Below, one piece after another: positions 18,903 through 29,155 of a stretch of 64,000 nt of DNA. The stretch is taken from positions 256,001 to 320,000 of the forward strand of contig JBFWNS010000001.1 of the NCBI GenBank assembly GCA_050250935.1, in the 5' to 3' direction. Positions within the stretch are counted from its first letter, which is position 1. Every line of letters begins with the position of its first letter. This DNA comes from Candidatus Margulisiibacteriota bacterium (GTDB lineage Bacteria > Margulisbacteria > Marinamargulisbacteria > JBFWNS01). The notes under the pieces are model-generated. The model ran no database searches and had not been told where the DNA came from. It worked only from the letters and a program-made list of their open reading frames with translations. The translations under genes and the position numbers were made by a program.

Positions 18903-21281
18903 ATGCAGCTGATTTTGACTGAAAAGCCCAGTGTGGCCCGAGACATTGCCCGCGTTTTAACTGTGGATCAGAAGCACGATGGTTTTTTTTCGGGGAACGG
19001 CTATTACATTTCTTGGGCTTTTGGCCATTTAATTAAACTCGCCGAACCCGAAACCTATCGGCCTGAATATGGCAACTGGAGCCTGGATGTACTGCCCATG
19101 ATCCCCGAAGCCTTCCAAATCGAACTCCAAGACAACCCCTCTAGCCAAAAACAATTTCACACCATTGCCAGTTTGATGAACAAAGATGATGTGGACACTG
19201 TCATCTGCGCCACCGACGCGGGGCGGGAAGGGGAGCTGATTTTTCGGCATATTTACACCAAAGCCGGTTGCGCCAAACCGATTTTACGCCTTTGGATTTC
19301 GTCCCAAACCGACCAGGCTATTCGCGAAGGATTTGCCTCGCTTAAAGACGGAACCCTGTACGATCCGCTTTACGATTCGGCCCGATGCCGCTCCGAGGCC
19401 GATTGGTTGGTGGGCTTGAATGCCACCCGGGCCTATACCATTAAATTTAGCAAGGGCAGTGGCATCATGAGTGTTGGGCGGGTGCAAACCCCAGTATTGA
19501 AGTTGATTGTGGACCGGTATCAAGCCAACATTAATTTTAAACCCGAAACGTATTTCGAGATCTCAGCCGAAATCGATCACCCCAACGGAACCTATCCAGG
19601 ACTTTGGATTAACGACGAAAAAGAAGCCCGTTTATTTGATGCAAACACCGCCAAGGCTTTGCATGAGGCCTTAAAACCTGGGGCACCAGGCACGGTGGCC
19701 GAGGCTCTGAACAAACAAAAAAAAGAAGCCCCGCCCTTGCTCTACGATTTAACCGAACTTCAAAAAGACGCCAACCGAAAATTTTCGTTTTCGGCCGAAC
19801 ATACCTTAACCACCCTGCAAGGGCTGTACGAACGCCATAAGCTGGTCACTTATCCCCGAACCTCGTCTCGGTATTTGTCCGACGATTTAAAGCCCAAAAT
19901 GGCCGAACGGGTTCAGCATTTGGCCGAATTACCTGACTATTCCGATTTGGCCCAGCCCCTCACCACAAAACCCCTGCCCTTTTCCAAGCGCTTTTTTAAT
20001 AACCAACAGGTTACCGACCACCATGCCATTATTCCCACCGAAAAAAAAGCCGTTATCTCCCAACTGTCCAGCGACGAATTAAAGCTTTACGATTTGATTG
20101 TTCGGCGGTTTTTGGCTTCGTTTTACCCGGATTGCGACAAAGACACAACCGAGATTATCACAAGTTTTGGGCCCCACCGCTTCCGCACGTTTGGGACCAT
20201 GATTACAAACCCCGGGTGGCGGGCCGTTTATGGCAACGATGCCGAAGACGAGGACGCCGATGCCCTACTGCCTGTGGTAAAAGCTGGGGACGCCGTTACG
20301 GGTAAAACCTTCGATTTAAACGAGAAAAAAACCAAAGCACCCCCCTTGTATACCGAAGCCTCGATTTTGGCGGCCATGGAAACCGCTGGCAAAACCATCG
20401 ACGACGAAGCCCTGCGCGAAGCCATGAAAAACTGCGGCTTGGGCACTCCGGCCACTCGGGCGCAAATTCTCGAGCGGTTGCTAACGGTCCAATACATCGT
20501 CCGAGAGAAAAAAAACCTGGTGCCCACCCCCAAGGGTATTCAATTGATTTCCTACATCCAAACCCCAGAACTGATGTCCGCCGAACTAACCGGCGGCTGG
20601 GAAAAAAAACTGAATGACATGGTTCAAAAAAACTACCAGCGGGAGACCTATATGAGCGAAATCAAAGCCTTCACCCAAGATCTGATTAACCAGGTTAAGG
20701 CCAGCACCACGGTGGCGGTTGGGGCCATCAAAGACAGTTTGGGCCCCTGCCCCAAATGCAGTGGGGCTGTGGTTGAAACCAAAATGGCCTATGGGTGTAG
20801 CCAATGGAAGGCCACGGAATGCAGCTTTAAAATTTGGAAAACCATTGCCGGCAAAGAGATCACCTCCAGCCAAGCCAAGGCGTTGCTCAAAACCAAAAAG
20901 TCGAAGGTGATTAAGGGCTTCAAAAGCAAAGAAGGCAAAACGTTCGAGGCCGCCTTGGCCATTACCGAAGCTGGGGATGTGGTGTTTGATTTTGCCGAAG
21001 CCAACGCCAAAAAGTCCCTGGGCACCTGCCCCATCTGTGGGGAGGGTCAAATTACCGAAACCCCCAAAGGATTTGGCTGCGACCAATGGCGAACCACCCA
21101 ATGTCGGTTTGTGATTTGGAAAGACATCGCTGGCAAAAAAATCGACGAAGCCATCGTCAAAACCCTGCTTAAAAAGGGCGAAACCGAGCTATTGGACGGC
21201 TTTAAAAGCAAGGCTGGAAAACCGTTTTCTGCCAAATTGATGTACAAAGACGGCCGGGTGGAATTCGTTTTTAACCCCTAG
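18903..21281 (+). CDS. topB: DNA topoisomerase III with C-terminal Cys-containing repeats
   Basis: EKPSVA, ATDAGREGELIF, SVGRVQTP, TYPRT, GLGTPATRA; two LGxCPxC...GCxQW...WKxIAGK repeats. Confidence 0.95.
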   Translation: MQLILTEKPSVARDIARVLTVDQKHDGFFSGNGYYISWAFGHLIKLAEPETYRPEYGNWSLDVLPMIPEAFQIELQDNPSSQKQFHTIASLMNKDDVDTVICATDAGREGELIFRHIYTKAGCAKPILRLWISSQTDQAIREGFASLKDGTLYDPLYDSARCRSEADWLVGLNATRAYTIKFSKGSGIMSVGRVQTPVLKLIVDRYQANINFKPETYFEISAEIDHPNGTYPGLWINDEKEARLFDANTAKALHEALKPGAPGTVAEALNKQKKEAPPLLYDLTELQKDANRKFSFSAEHTLTTLQGLYERHKLVTYPRTSSRYLSDDLKPKMAERVQHLAELPDYSDLAQPLTTKPLPFSKRFFNNQQVTDHHAIIPTEKKAVISQLSSDELKLYDLIVRRFLASFYPDCDKDTTEIITSFGPHRFRTFGTMITNPGWRAVYGNDAEDEDADALLPVVKAGDAVTGKTFDLNEKKTKAPPLYTEASILAAMETAGKTIDDEALREAMKNCGLGTPATRAQILERLLTVQYIVREKKNLVPTPKGIQLISYIQTPELMSAELTGGWEKKLNDMVQKNYQRETYMSEIKAFTQDLINQVKASTTVAVGAIKDSLGPCPKCSGAVVETKMAYGCSQWKATECSFKIWKTIAGKEITSSQAKALLKTKKSKVIKGFKSKEGKTFEAALAITEAGDVVFDFAEANAKKSLGTCPICGEGQITETPKGFGCDQWRTTQCRFVIWKDIAGKKIDEAIVKTLLKKGETELLDGFKSKAGKPFSAKLMYKDGRVEFVFNP

Positions 21282-21304
21282 CTAACATCTGCACACCTTT
21301 TGCT

Positions 21305-22441
21305 TCATCTGCCACATAAAAACGAAACAAAGTTATCAGGATGCACGGTTTGAAAGGGTGCTGTAGGGTAGCCCTCTACCCAGGCTTTGGGTGGCTTGGC
21401 TTCCTTGTTTTTCCATTTAAATTCTACCGCTGAAATGGCTTGGTTATGGGTTTCAATATAATCGATTTCACTTTTGGCATAAGTACGCCAAAAATACATT
21501 TGTGCCGATGAATCCAAATATCCCAAGGTTTTTCGGCGTTCACTGAGCATAAAGTTTTCCCATAAAGGTCCTATATCCAGTCGTTGATCTAAAGGCGTAA
21601 AATCCCGCAAAACCGCATTGCGAATGCCGACATCTACAAAATAAATTTTATCCATCTTGCTTAATTCATTTCTTAAATTTCGGCTAAATCCAGGCAGCCG
21701 AAAAATAACAAAAGATTTCTCCAACAAGTCAATGTAATGGCCAACCGTTTCTTTACTAAGACCCAGCTGACGCCCTAATTCACTCAGCGATACTTCAGAC
21801 CCAATTTGATGGGCCAGCAACCGCAATAAAAGCTCCAATTGATTTGACTTCTTAAGACTCAACATTTCCAGAATATCTTTATACAAATAGGCCTCTGCCA
21901 AGTTACGCAACGTTCTTTCCTTAGCCACCCAGGCTGTTTGATTTAGAACATCGGGATAACTACCGTAGACCAATAAATGCGTCAGCTGATTGCGAAGTTC
22001 AAAGGGGGTAAACTGTTTTCTAAGCTCTAAAACAGACAAAGGATGCAAGGTGTAAGTCCACGATCGCCCTGTTAACGGTTCTTGAACCCGATTGGCCAGA
22101 TCAAAGGACGAAGAACCCGTCGCAATGACCCTAAAATCTGGTAATTCGTCATGAAGAAGCTTAAGGGTAAGGCCTATATTGGGAACGCGTTGGGCCTCAT
22201 CTATAAAAATGCCGTCATAGCCATCGATCAATCCGTTTAGCTGAACCAAATCACAAGAGGACAACACCCCATGATATTTGGTTTCATCTGCATTAATAGA
22301 CAAAAATTGTTTTGGAAATCGCTTCAAAATGGCTTTGATTAAGGTTGTTTTGCCAACTTGACGAGGCCCGTAAACAACAACTACTTTTTGGTTCTTTTCC
22401 AAATCATTTTCAATGGATTGAGCTAACTGACGATCATACAT
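21305..22441 (-). CDS. AAA_14 ATPase with DUF4143 (wHTH plus nuclease-like) C-terminus
   Basis: GPRQVGKTT, IDEAQ, TGSSS, YGSYP, KIYFVDVGIRN, WENF, EIDY, EFKW; visibly more AT-rich than its neighbours. Confidence 0.9.
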   Translation of the reverse strand: MYDRQLAQSIENDLEKNQKVVVVYGPRQVGKTTLIKAILKRFPKQFLSINADETKYHGVLSSCDLVQLNGLIDGYDGIFIDEAQRVPNIGLTLKLLHDELPDFRVIATGSSSFDLANRVQEPLTGRSWTYTLHPLSVLELRKQFTPFELRNQLTHLLVYGSYPDVLNQTAWVAKERTLRNLAEAYLYKDILEMLSLKKSNQLELLLRLLAHQIGSEVSLSELGRQLGLSKETVGHYIDLLEKSFVIFRLPGFSRNLRNELSKMDKIYFVDVGIRNAVLRDFTPLDQRLDIGPLWENFMLSERRKTLGYLDSSAQMYFWRTYAKSEIDYIETHNQAISAVEFKWKNKEAKPPKAWVEGYPTAPFQTVHPDNFVSFLCGR

Positions 22442-22484
22442 ACCAAGAAGACTATCATTTTAGCTCAAAAATGGCAATTTTTAT

Positions 22485-22543
22485 TCTCCGAATTTATATT
22501 AATTCAGAGATATTACTCTCCGAATTTATATTAATTCGGAGAG
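22485..22543. repeat. Two tandem palindromes TCTCCGAATT-TATATT-AATTC(A/G)GAGA, 32-bp period
   Basis: Copies at 22485-22510 and 22517-22542; the second is a perfect 11+6+11 inverted repeat (22516-22543). Confidence 0.9.
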
Positions 22544-22549
22544 GCCTCC

Positions 22550-23614
22550 CTATCCCAAAAGTGGTTTTAGAATCTCGGCGATGGCTGTCTTTTTCCCCGC
22601 AACTTGGATGGGTCTTGATGAAATCTCGATGGCGCGATTGGGGTCTTTAAGACCGTGTCCTGTTAAAATCGAGACGATGGTTTGACCCTTTTCGAAGGCG
22701 TCGCGGTGTTGTTTGGCGTATTTGATCACCCCAGCCACGGAGGCCGCTGAAGCAGGTTCGCAGAAAACCCCATCGTGGGCAGCCAGCAATTGCTGGGCTT
22801 CGGTAATTTCCTCGTCGGTAACCAAATCGATCAGGCCACCGGAGGCGTCGCGGGCCTCTTCGGCTTGTTTCCAGCTGGCGGGGTTGCCAATGCGAATGGC
22901 GGTGGCGATGGTTTCGGGTTTTTCGATGGGATGTCCCATCACGATGGGGGCTGCCCCTGCTGCTTGGTAACCCATCATTTTGGGTAGGGTCGATTTGCCC
23001 AGGGCATTGTATTCTTTGTACCCTTTCCAATAGGCCGTAATGTTGCCGGCGTTGCCAACGGGAATAAAATGAAAATCGGGGGCTTTGCCCAGGGCATCCA
23101 CAATTTCAAAAGCCCCGGTTTTTTGCCCTTCAATGCGATAGGGGTTTACGGAATTTACTAGGGTGATGGGGTATTCAGCCGTGATTTCGCGAACCAAATC
23201 CAAGGCGTTGTCAAAATTGCCTTCGATTTGAAGCACCAAGGCGCCGTGCATCATAGCCTGGGCCAATTTCCCCAACGAAATTTTGCCTTCGGGAATAATC
23301 ACACAAGACGACATGCCGGCCTTGGCTGCATAGGCCGCAGCAGAAGCCGAGGTGTTGCCAGTGGAGGCACACATGACCATTCTGGCGCCTTCTTCTTTGG
23401 CTTTGGTAATGGCCATGGTCATGCCCCGGTCTTTAAAGGAACCGGTGGGATTTAGCCCTTCGAATTTGACATACCAATCGGCCGGAATGCCCAGATGCTT
23501 GGCCAAATTATTAATGGGAATTAAAGGGGTTTGCCCTTCGTGCAAGGAGACAATGGGGGTGGTGTCGGTCACGGGCAGAAAAGAACGGTAATGGTGAATA
23601 AGGCCTTTGTACAT
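22550..23614 (-). CDS. thrC: Threonine synthase
   Basis: [47 protein letters not shown]; start MYKGLI at 23614. Confidence 0.96.
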   Translation of the reverse strand: MYKGLIHHYRSFLPVTDTTPIVSLHEGQTPLIPINNLAKHLGIPADWYVKFEGLNPTGSFKDRGMTMAITKAKEEGARMVMCASTGNTSASAAAYAAKAGMSSCVIIPEGKISLGKLAQAMMHGALVLQIEGNFDNALDLVREITAEYPITLVNSVNPYRIEGQKTGAFEIVDALGKAPDFHFIPVGNAGNITAYWKGYKEYNALGKSTLPKMMGYQAAGAAPIVMGHPIEKPETIATAIRIGNPASWKQAEEARDASGGLIDLVTDEEITEAQQLLAAHDGVFCEPASAASVAGVIKYAKQHRDAFEKGQTIVSILTGHGLKDPNRAIEISSRPIQVAGKKTAIAEILKPLLG

Positions 23615-23733
23615 GGCAATTTCCTTCAAACGCAAAGATTAAGTTTTCCCCAACTATACATGAGAGCCCGAGTGCATGTGTAGGGTTTTGGTCACTTTAA
23701 CAAAAGTCTTGCTCGCGCTATCATGGTCAGACT

Positions 23734-25761
23734 ATGCAATTTGAAACATTTGATCATGCCAATCGCGAGCGTTGGCATCTAACAGAAATCGCCGCGGACA
23801 AAATTCGTTCTTTCTCGGAAAAATTCAACATCCACCCGATCCTGGCCAGACTGATTATCGCCAGACAAATCGGCGTGACCAATGGTCAGCTGGATGAATC
23901 CCAAATTCAACGGTTCATTTACCCCGAAAGGTCTTTGATCACCGAAACCGTCGGTGTTACATCCAACGAAGACCTTCAAAAAGCCCTGACGCGTATTGCC
24001 CAGGCCCTTCAAAACAACGAGCCCATCATGGTCAATGGCGACCCCGATGCAGACGGCATTACCGGGACCACCATTCTGACCGCTTCTTTGCGGGAATTTG
24101 GCGCCACCGTTCACTACGATTTCCCTACCCGAGCCAAAGAAGGCCACGGGCTGCAACCCCGCATTATCGAAGCCACCAAGGCTTTGGGGTCTAAACTCAT
24201 CATCACCACGGACTGTGGTTCCAAAGACGTGGAAGCGGTGAATTATGCCAACACCTTGGGCATCGATATCATCATTTGCGACCACCATATTTTGGGTAAG
24301 GTTCAACCCGCTGCCCATGCTTTTGTAAACCCCTATCGCTATGATGGCCCTTCTGGCTGCAAGCGTTTGGCTGGCGCCGGGGTGTCTTACAAATTGGTGT
24401 TGGCCTTGTCCAAACATTTGAACCACAAACTGCCCGATGAACTGAATGATTTTCTGTTGGCCATCGCCGCTTTGGGCACCATTTCCGACCGCATGTCCTT
24501 TTTAGAGCCCATGAACCGCATCATGATCAAAGCCGGGATTGATGCCTTAAACAAAACCAAAATGGAAGGGTTAAAAGCCCTGAAAGCTGTTAGTATTCCC
24601 CGAGGCCAAGACCTGCGCGCCAACGACATTAGCCGCACCATCGTGCCCCGTCTGAACGCCCCTGGTCGTATTGGGGACCGCGAAGAAGGCATCCCCGATT
24701 CCCGCATTGTGGTGGATTTGTTGTTGATCGGATTTGGCAAGAAAAACGCCGCCAAGGCCCATGCTTTGGTTGAACAATTCAATCAAGTGGTTGAACTGGA
24801 ACAACAACAAAAAAACAACACCCCAGCCCTTAACGATGCGCAAACCGTTGACGACATCAACGAAAAACGCAAGTACATGACCAGCAAAATCGAAGACGAA
24901 ATCGATAAAATGATCCAAGAACAGGTGAATCCCAACACCGACCGCATCATTATTGTGAAAGGTCGCAACTGGAATCCTGGGGTTATTGGTATCGACACCG
25001 ACCGCTTGAAAGACCGATTCCTTCGACCCGCCATGATTTTGACCGAATACACCGGCAGCGACTACATTCGCGGGTCTGTTCGAAGCATTCCTGGCATTAA
25101 CATGTATCGCATTATCGACCTGGTGGGCGAGCAATTTGAAAAACAATTTGGCAAACAATTGTTCTTGTCCGAAGTAAAAAGCGACAGCGGAAAACGTTTG
25201 GTCAACGCCTTTGGTGGCCATTCCCAAGCCTGTGGCTTTACCTTCCACAAAGACCATCTCGACGCTTTTGTGGGATTGGTTCGCGAGGAAATGAAAACCG
25301 TTCCCATCGATAAATTCAACTATTCTTACGAGGTTTTGGACACCATCGATTTTGATGAAATCAACATGGGTTTGATCCACATTTTGGATGGCTTAACCCC
25401 TTATGGCCAAGATTTCGAATACCCCATTTTCTATCTTAAAAATTGTTTGTTGACCAAAGCCCGTCCGTTTGGGAACAAGTACCAAGAATCCAGAACCCCA
25501 CACGTGGATTTCTGGGTGGTCGAGAAAAAACCCAAGCGTAACCGTCCGCCGATGCGGGTAAATGCGGTTGGATTTGGGTTGTGGGAAAAATTTAACGCCC
25601 TCAAAACCAACGACACCAACGCCAGCTACAACATTATTTTTACAGTGGAATATTCCCGCAGAACCAACCGCCGCCAAAAAGACCGGCTGCGTTTGAACGT
25701 GCTGGACATCCGCAAAAGTGGTTCCAACGACGACCATATCGTACCTGTAACCTTCTCCTAG
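23734..25761 (+). CDS. recJ: RecJ-like DHH/DHHA1 ssDNA exonuclease with insertions
   Basis: [54 protein letters not shown]. Confidence 0.82.
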   Translation: MQFETFDHANRERWHLTEIAADKIRSFSEKFNIHPILARLIIARQIGVTNGQLDESQIQRFIYPERSLITETVGVTSNEDLQKALTRIAQALQNNEPIMVNGDPDADGITGTTILTASLREFGATVHYDFPTRAKEGHGLQPRIIEATKALGSKLIITTDCGSKDVEAVNYANTLGIDIIICDHHILGKVQPAAHAFVNPYRYDGPSGCKRLAGAGVSYKLVLALSKHLNHKLPDELNDFLLAIAALGTISDRMSFLEPMNRIMIKAGIDALNKTKMEGLKALKAVSIPRGQDLRANDISRTIVPRLNAPGRIGDREEGIPDSRIVVDLLLIGFGKKNAAKAHALVEQFNQVVELEQQQKNNTPALNDAQTVDDINEKRKYMTSKIEDEIDKMIQEQVNPNTDRIIIVKGRNWNPGVIGIDTDRLKDRFLRPAMILTEYTGSDYIRGSVRSIPGINMYRIIDLVGEQFEKQFGKQLFLSEVKSDSGKRLVNAFGGHSQACGFTFHKDHLDAFVGLVREEMKTVPIDKFNYSYEVLDTIDFDEINMGLIHILDGLTPYGQDFEYPIFYLKNCLLTKARPFGNKYQESRTPHVDFWVVEKKPKRNRPPMRVNAVGFGLWEKFNALKTNDTNASYNIIFTVEYSRRTNRRQKDRLRLNVLDIRKSGSNDDHIVPVTFS

Positions 25762-25768
25762 GGATCTC

Positions 25769-28003
25769 ATGGCCAGAAAGCCAGTTGTTGAAACCCAGTC
25801 CCGCAATGGCATAAAAGCATTGGCCCTCATTTTGGGGGCCGTTTTTATTTTTTTGCACACCCAATTTCCGGCCTCGACTGGCCTTCTAGGACATTGGATT
25901 TTTGACATTGTTGGGTCCCATATTTTGGGTCAGGGTTTGCTGTATTTGCCTATTTTTTTGGTGTTTCAAGCCACGGCTTATTTGTTTGGCAAACACCATC
26001 CCCGATTGGCCTGGTTTGGCAATGGGTTGGGGCTATTGGGTCTGCTTTTGCTGCTGGAACAAGGGGTGAATGGGGTTCCAACCCAACTGGGGTGGCCTAC
26101 GTCTTTAGAGGGTGGTGGCGTGATTGGTTTGGCCACCCTCTGGGCGTCTTATCGGCTCATTGGTAAATCCGGGAGTTTGTTGGTGATGGGTGGAGCACTG
26201 GTGGGTGGGGCTGGTTTGATTTATCGGTTTTGTCTGAAACCGGCCCTGAGCTGGTGGATGGGATTATTGCCCCACGACGAAGCCCTGAAACCCCGCTCGA
26301 ATGCCTGGCTTCAAAAACTGATTCATACGTTGTTTTATACCCAAGAAAAGCCCAAACCCGCAGTGACCAGGCCCCTGTCGGACAAAACCTTACCCTTTAT
26401 TTCCGAAACCAAAGCCAGTGTTCCCCTTCCCCTCCCAGTCGAAAACGACGAGGAAGAAGACGAAGAACCGGCTCCGATTCCGGTTTCAAAACCCCCAAAA
26501 CCCGAACTCAAGCCCATGCCGAGGCCCGAGTTTCATTCGGATGGGCCCTATGAATTTCCGCCTTTAGACCTGTTGGAAGAAGCGGTTCATGGGTCCCCTC
26601 AAACCAAATTAAAGGCCAGCAAACAACAAGAACGGGCCAAAATTTTAGAAGACGCATTGGAAAGTTTTAATGTTCAAGCCAAGGTTGTGAACATTACACC
26701 CGGACCTTCGGTGACCCGATATGAACTTCAACCTGGGGCTGGGGTTAAAATCAGTAAGATCACGTCCCTGTCCAAAGACATTGCCCTGAAGCTGGCTGTA
26801 ACCGATGTCCGCATCGAAGCCCCCATTCCTGGCAAGGCGCTGATTGGTATCGAAGTGCCCAACCCCACCGTCGACACCGTAACGCTGCGCACCATTATCG
26901 ACAAAACCGACTTTATGTCCCGATCCAGCAAACTGATTGCCGCCATGGGTCTGACCATTACCGGGGAATCGATTTTGATGGATCTGGCCAAGATGCCTCA
27001 CATTCTGATTGCCGGTGCCACAGGGTCTGGGAAAAGTGTCTGTGTGAATACGATTATCTTGTCAATTTTATTGCGGGCCACACCCGACGAGGTTCGGTTT
27101 TTAATGATCGACCCCAAAAAAGTAGAGCTGAGTTTTTACAACGGCATTCCCCATCTGTTGGCCCCCGTGGTAACAGACCCCCACAAAGCTGCCGCCACTT
27201 TAAAACAATGGGCCTTGTTGGAAATGGAACGGCGCTATGAAGATTTTTCTCGGTTGGGCGTTAAAAACATCGAAGGCTATAACGAAAAAATGACCGGCTA
27301 CAAAAAAGAAGGCCTGCAAAACATTCCGGGCACCGATGCCCCAGCCAAACCCATTCCCTATATTGTGGTGATTATCGACGAGTTGGCCGATTTGATGATG
27401 GTGGCCTCCCAAGAAGTGGAAACCACGATTTGCCGCTTGGCCCAAATGTCTCGGGCCACGGGGATTCATTTGGTGATTGCCACCCAAAGGCCCAGCGTTA
27501 ACGTCATCACTGGGCTGATCAAAGCCAACGTGCCCTCTCGCATTTCGTTTTTCTTACAATCTCAGATCGATTCCAGAACCATTTTGGACATGCCTGGCGC
27601 CGAAAAATTGTTGGGGAAAGGCGATATGTTGTATTCCCCAGTAGGAGCCTTTAAACCCCAACGGGTGCAGGGCATTTATGTGAGCGAAAAAGAAATTAAG
27701 CGGGTGGTGGACTTTTTAAAACTCCAGGGCCAACCCGACTACATCACCGAAATTATCGATGTTCAGCCCCTGGTCGAAGAAACCAAATCTGGAAACAGCA
27801 GCGGGTCTTCCGACCAAGACGAACTGTTTGAAGAGGCGAAAAACATTGTCATGAGCACCCAATATGCCTCGACGTCTTACCTGCAACGCAAACTTCGCAT
27901 CGGCTATAACCGGGCCGCGCGTCTGATGGACGAACTTGAAAAACAAGGCATTGTGCCTCAATCCACCGGCGAACGCCGGGGTCGGGGATTGGGTGGGGAA
28001 TAG
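25769..28003 (+). CDS. ftsK: DNA translocase FtsK/SpoIIIE
   Basis: N-terminal TMs, [45 protein letters not shown] gamma domain. Confidence 0.97.
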   Translation: MARKPVVETQSRNGIKALALILGAVFIFLHTQFPASTGLLGHWIFDIVGSHILGQGLLYLPIFLVFQATAYLFGKHHPRLAWFGNGLGLLGLLLLLEQGVNGVPTQLGWPTSLEGGGVIGLATLWASYRLIGKSGSLLVMGGALVGGAGLIYRFCLKPALSWWMGLLPHDEALKPRSNAWLQKLIHTLFYTQEKPKPAVTRPLSDKTLPFISETKASVPLPLPVENDEEEDEEPAPIPVSKPPKPELKPMPRPEFHSDGPYEFPPLDLLEEAVHGSPQTKLKASKQQERAKILEDALESFNVQAKVVNITPGPSVTRYELQPGAGVKISKITSLSKDIALKLAVTDVRIEAPIPGKALIGIEVPNPTVDTVTLRTIIDKTDFMSRSSKLIAAMGLTITGESILMDLAKMPHILIAGATGSGKSVCVNTIILSILLRATPDEVRFLMIDPKKVELSFYNGIPHLLAPVVTDPHKAAATLKQWALLEMERRYEDFSRLGVKNIEGYNEKMTGYKKEGLQNIPGTDAPAKPIPYIVVIIDELADLMMVASQEVETTICRLAQMSRATGIHLVIATQRPSVNVITGLIKANVPSRISFFLQSQIDSRTILDMPGAEKLLGKGDMLYSPVGAFKPQRVQGIYVSEKEIKRVVDFLKLQGQPDYITEIIDVQPLVEETKSGNSSGSSDQDELFEEAKNIVMSTQYASTSYLQRKLRIGYNRAARLMDELEKQGIVPQSTGERRGRGLGGE

Positions 28004-29153
28004 GTTTCTTGCCCTTCTAAAACAGAACAGCCTGGCCGCTTATGGTTTTTTTACGGCCTTGGTTTTTGGGGTTTATGGCGCCTTTTTAGGGGGCGGCTAT
28101 TTTTTGGATGACGACATTTTGATTCATCACACCCTTCAAGATGCCCTGTTTTCGCCCTTGGGGAATTACCATTTTCGACCGTTGTGGGGGTTATCGATTT
28201 ATCTGACCAACCTGGTCGTCCACAATCCGGTCTTGGATCGGTTTTGGAACTATCTGTTGTTGGGCGGCTTTTTACTGCTGGTGTTTCGCTTTTGGGATCG
28301 GGTCTTGGCCAACACCCAAACGGCCTTGATGGGCACCCTATTCATCTTAATTTTACCCACCATCCCCTATCATGCCGTGTGGATAAGTGGGCGCCAAGAT
28401 TTGTTGATGGGCATCTTTTTTTTAGCCGCTTTCCACTATTTTGAACTGAAACGACCCGGCCCCGGTGTGGTCTATTTGATGCTGGCCCTGTTGTCGAAAG
28501 TGACGGTGCTTTTAAGCCCGCTGTATTTTATTGGAAGCTTGTTTCGGCAAGGACAACGTCGGCTGGCTTGGGTTTTGTCGGGTGGTTTTTTGGGGGTTGC
28601 TGGGCTGTCTTTGCTGAAACTGGGACAGCATCATGTCGCCCAAACCCACTTGCTGCACTTGCCGTTGATGTTGCGGCTGGCCAACATGGCGGCCCACGTC
28701 GGGGAGTTTTGTTTGACGCTGATTTTTCCCATCCCCTTCTTTTCCTCGGTGTGGCATGGGGCTCTGTATGTCCTGGGACTGTGCTTGATCCTGGGCTCGG
28801 TTCGGCTGGATTGGTCCAAAGGCAGACCCGATTTTTTGATTTTATTTATTTTAATCTCGGCCACCACCGTGGTAACCCCAGAACTGCGGATTGCAACCTT
28901 GAATATCTTGTTTTTACTGGCCTATGTGCTGACTTGCCCCCGAACCATTCGACATCCGCGGGTTTTAAAGGTTGGGCTTGGCTTGGTCTTTGCAGCCTTG
29001 CTAATTGCCACCTTAACGGTTTCGAAACTGTTGATCCAAAACACAAACCGAGACCCTTCTAAACCTTATCAAGGGAGCGGGGCCTTGTACGCCAACGGAT
29101 ATTACGGGGAAAAACGCACCCTTTTAATTGGCCTTAAGAACCGATTCTGGTAA
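27993..29153 (+). CDS. Polytopic membrane protein, GT-C-fold glycosyltransferase-like
   Basis: LDD after TM1, [20 protein letters not shown]; about 10 TM helices. GTG start overlaps the ftsK stop. Confidence 0.6.
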   Translation: MGNRFLALLKQNSLAAYGFFTALVFGVYGAFLGGGYFLDDDILIHHTLQDALFSPLGNYHFRPLWGLSIYLTNLVVHNPVLDRFWNYLLLGGFLLLVFRFWDRVLANTQTALMGTLFILILPTIPYHAVWISGRQDLLMGIFFLAAFHYFELKRPGPGVVYLMLALLSKVTVLLSPLYFIGSLFRQGQRRLAWVLSGGFLGVAGLSLLKLGQHHVAQTHLLHLPLMLRLANMAAHVGEFCLTLIFPIPFFSSVWHGALYVLGLCLILGSVRLDWSKGRPDFLILFILISATTVVTPELRIATLNILFLLAYVLTCPRTIRHPRVLKVGLGLVFAALLIATLTVSKLLIQNTNRDPSKPYQGSGALYANGYYGEKRTLLIGLKNRFW

Positions 29154-29155
29154 CC

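Noticed and set aside
22485..22543. CRISPR array or the chromosomal dif site
   Set aside because: Two copies 6 nt apart; fully symmetric arms and no TTATGTTAAA-like XerD arm.
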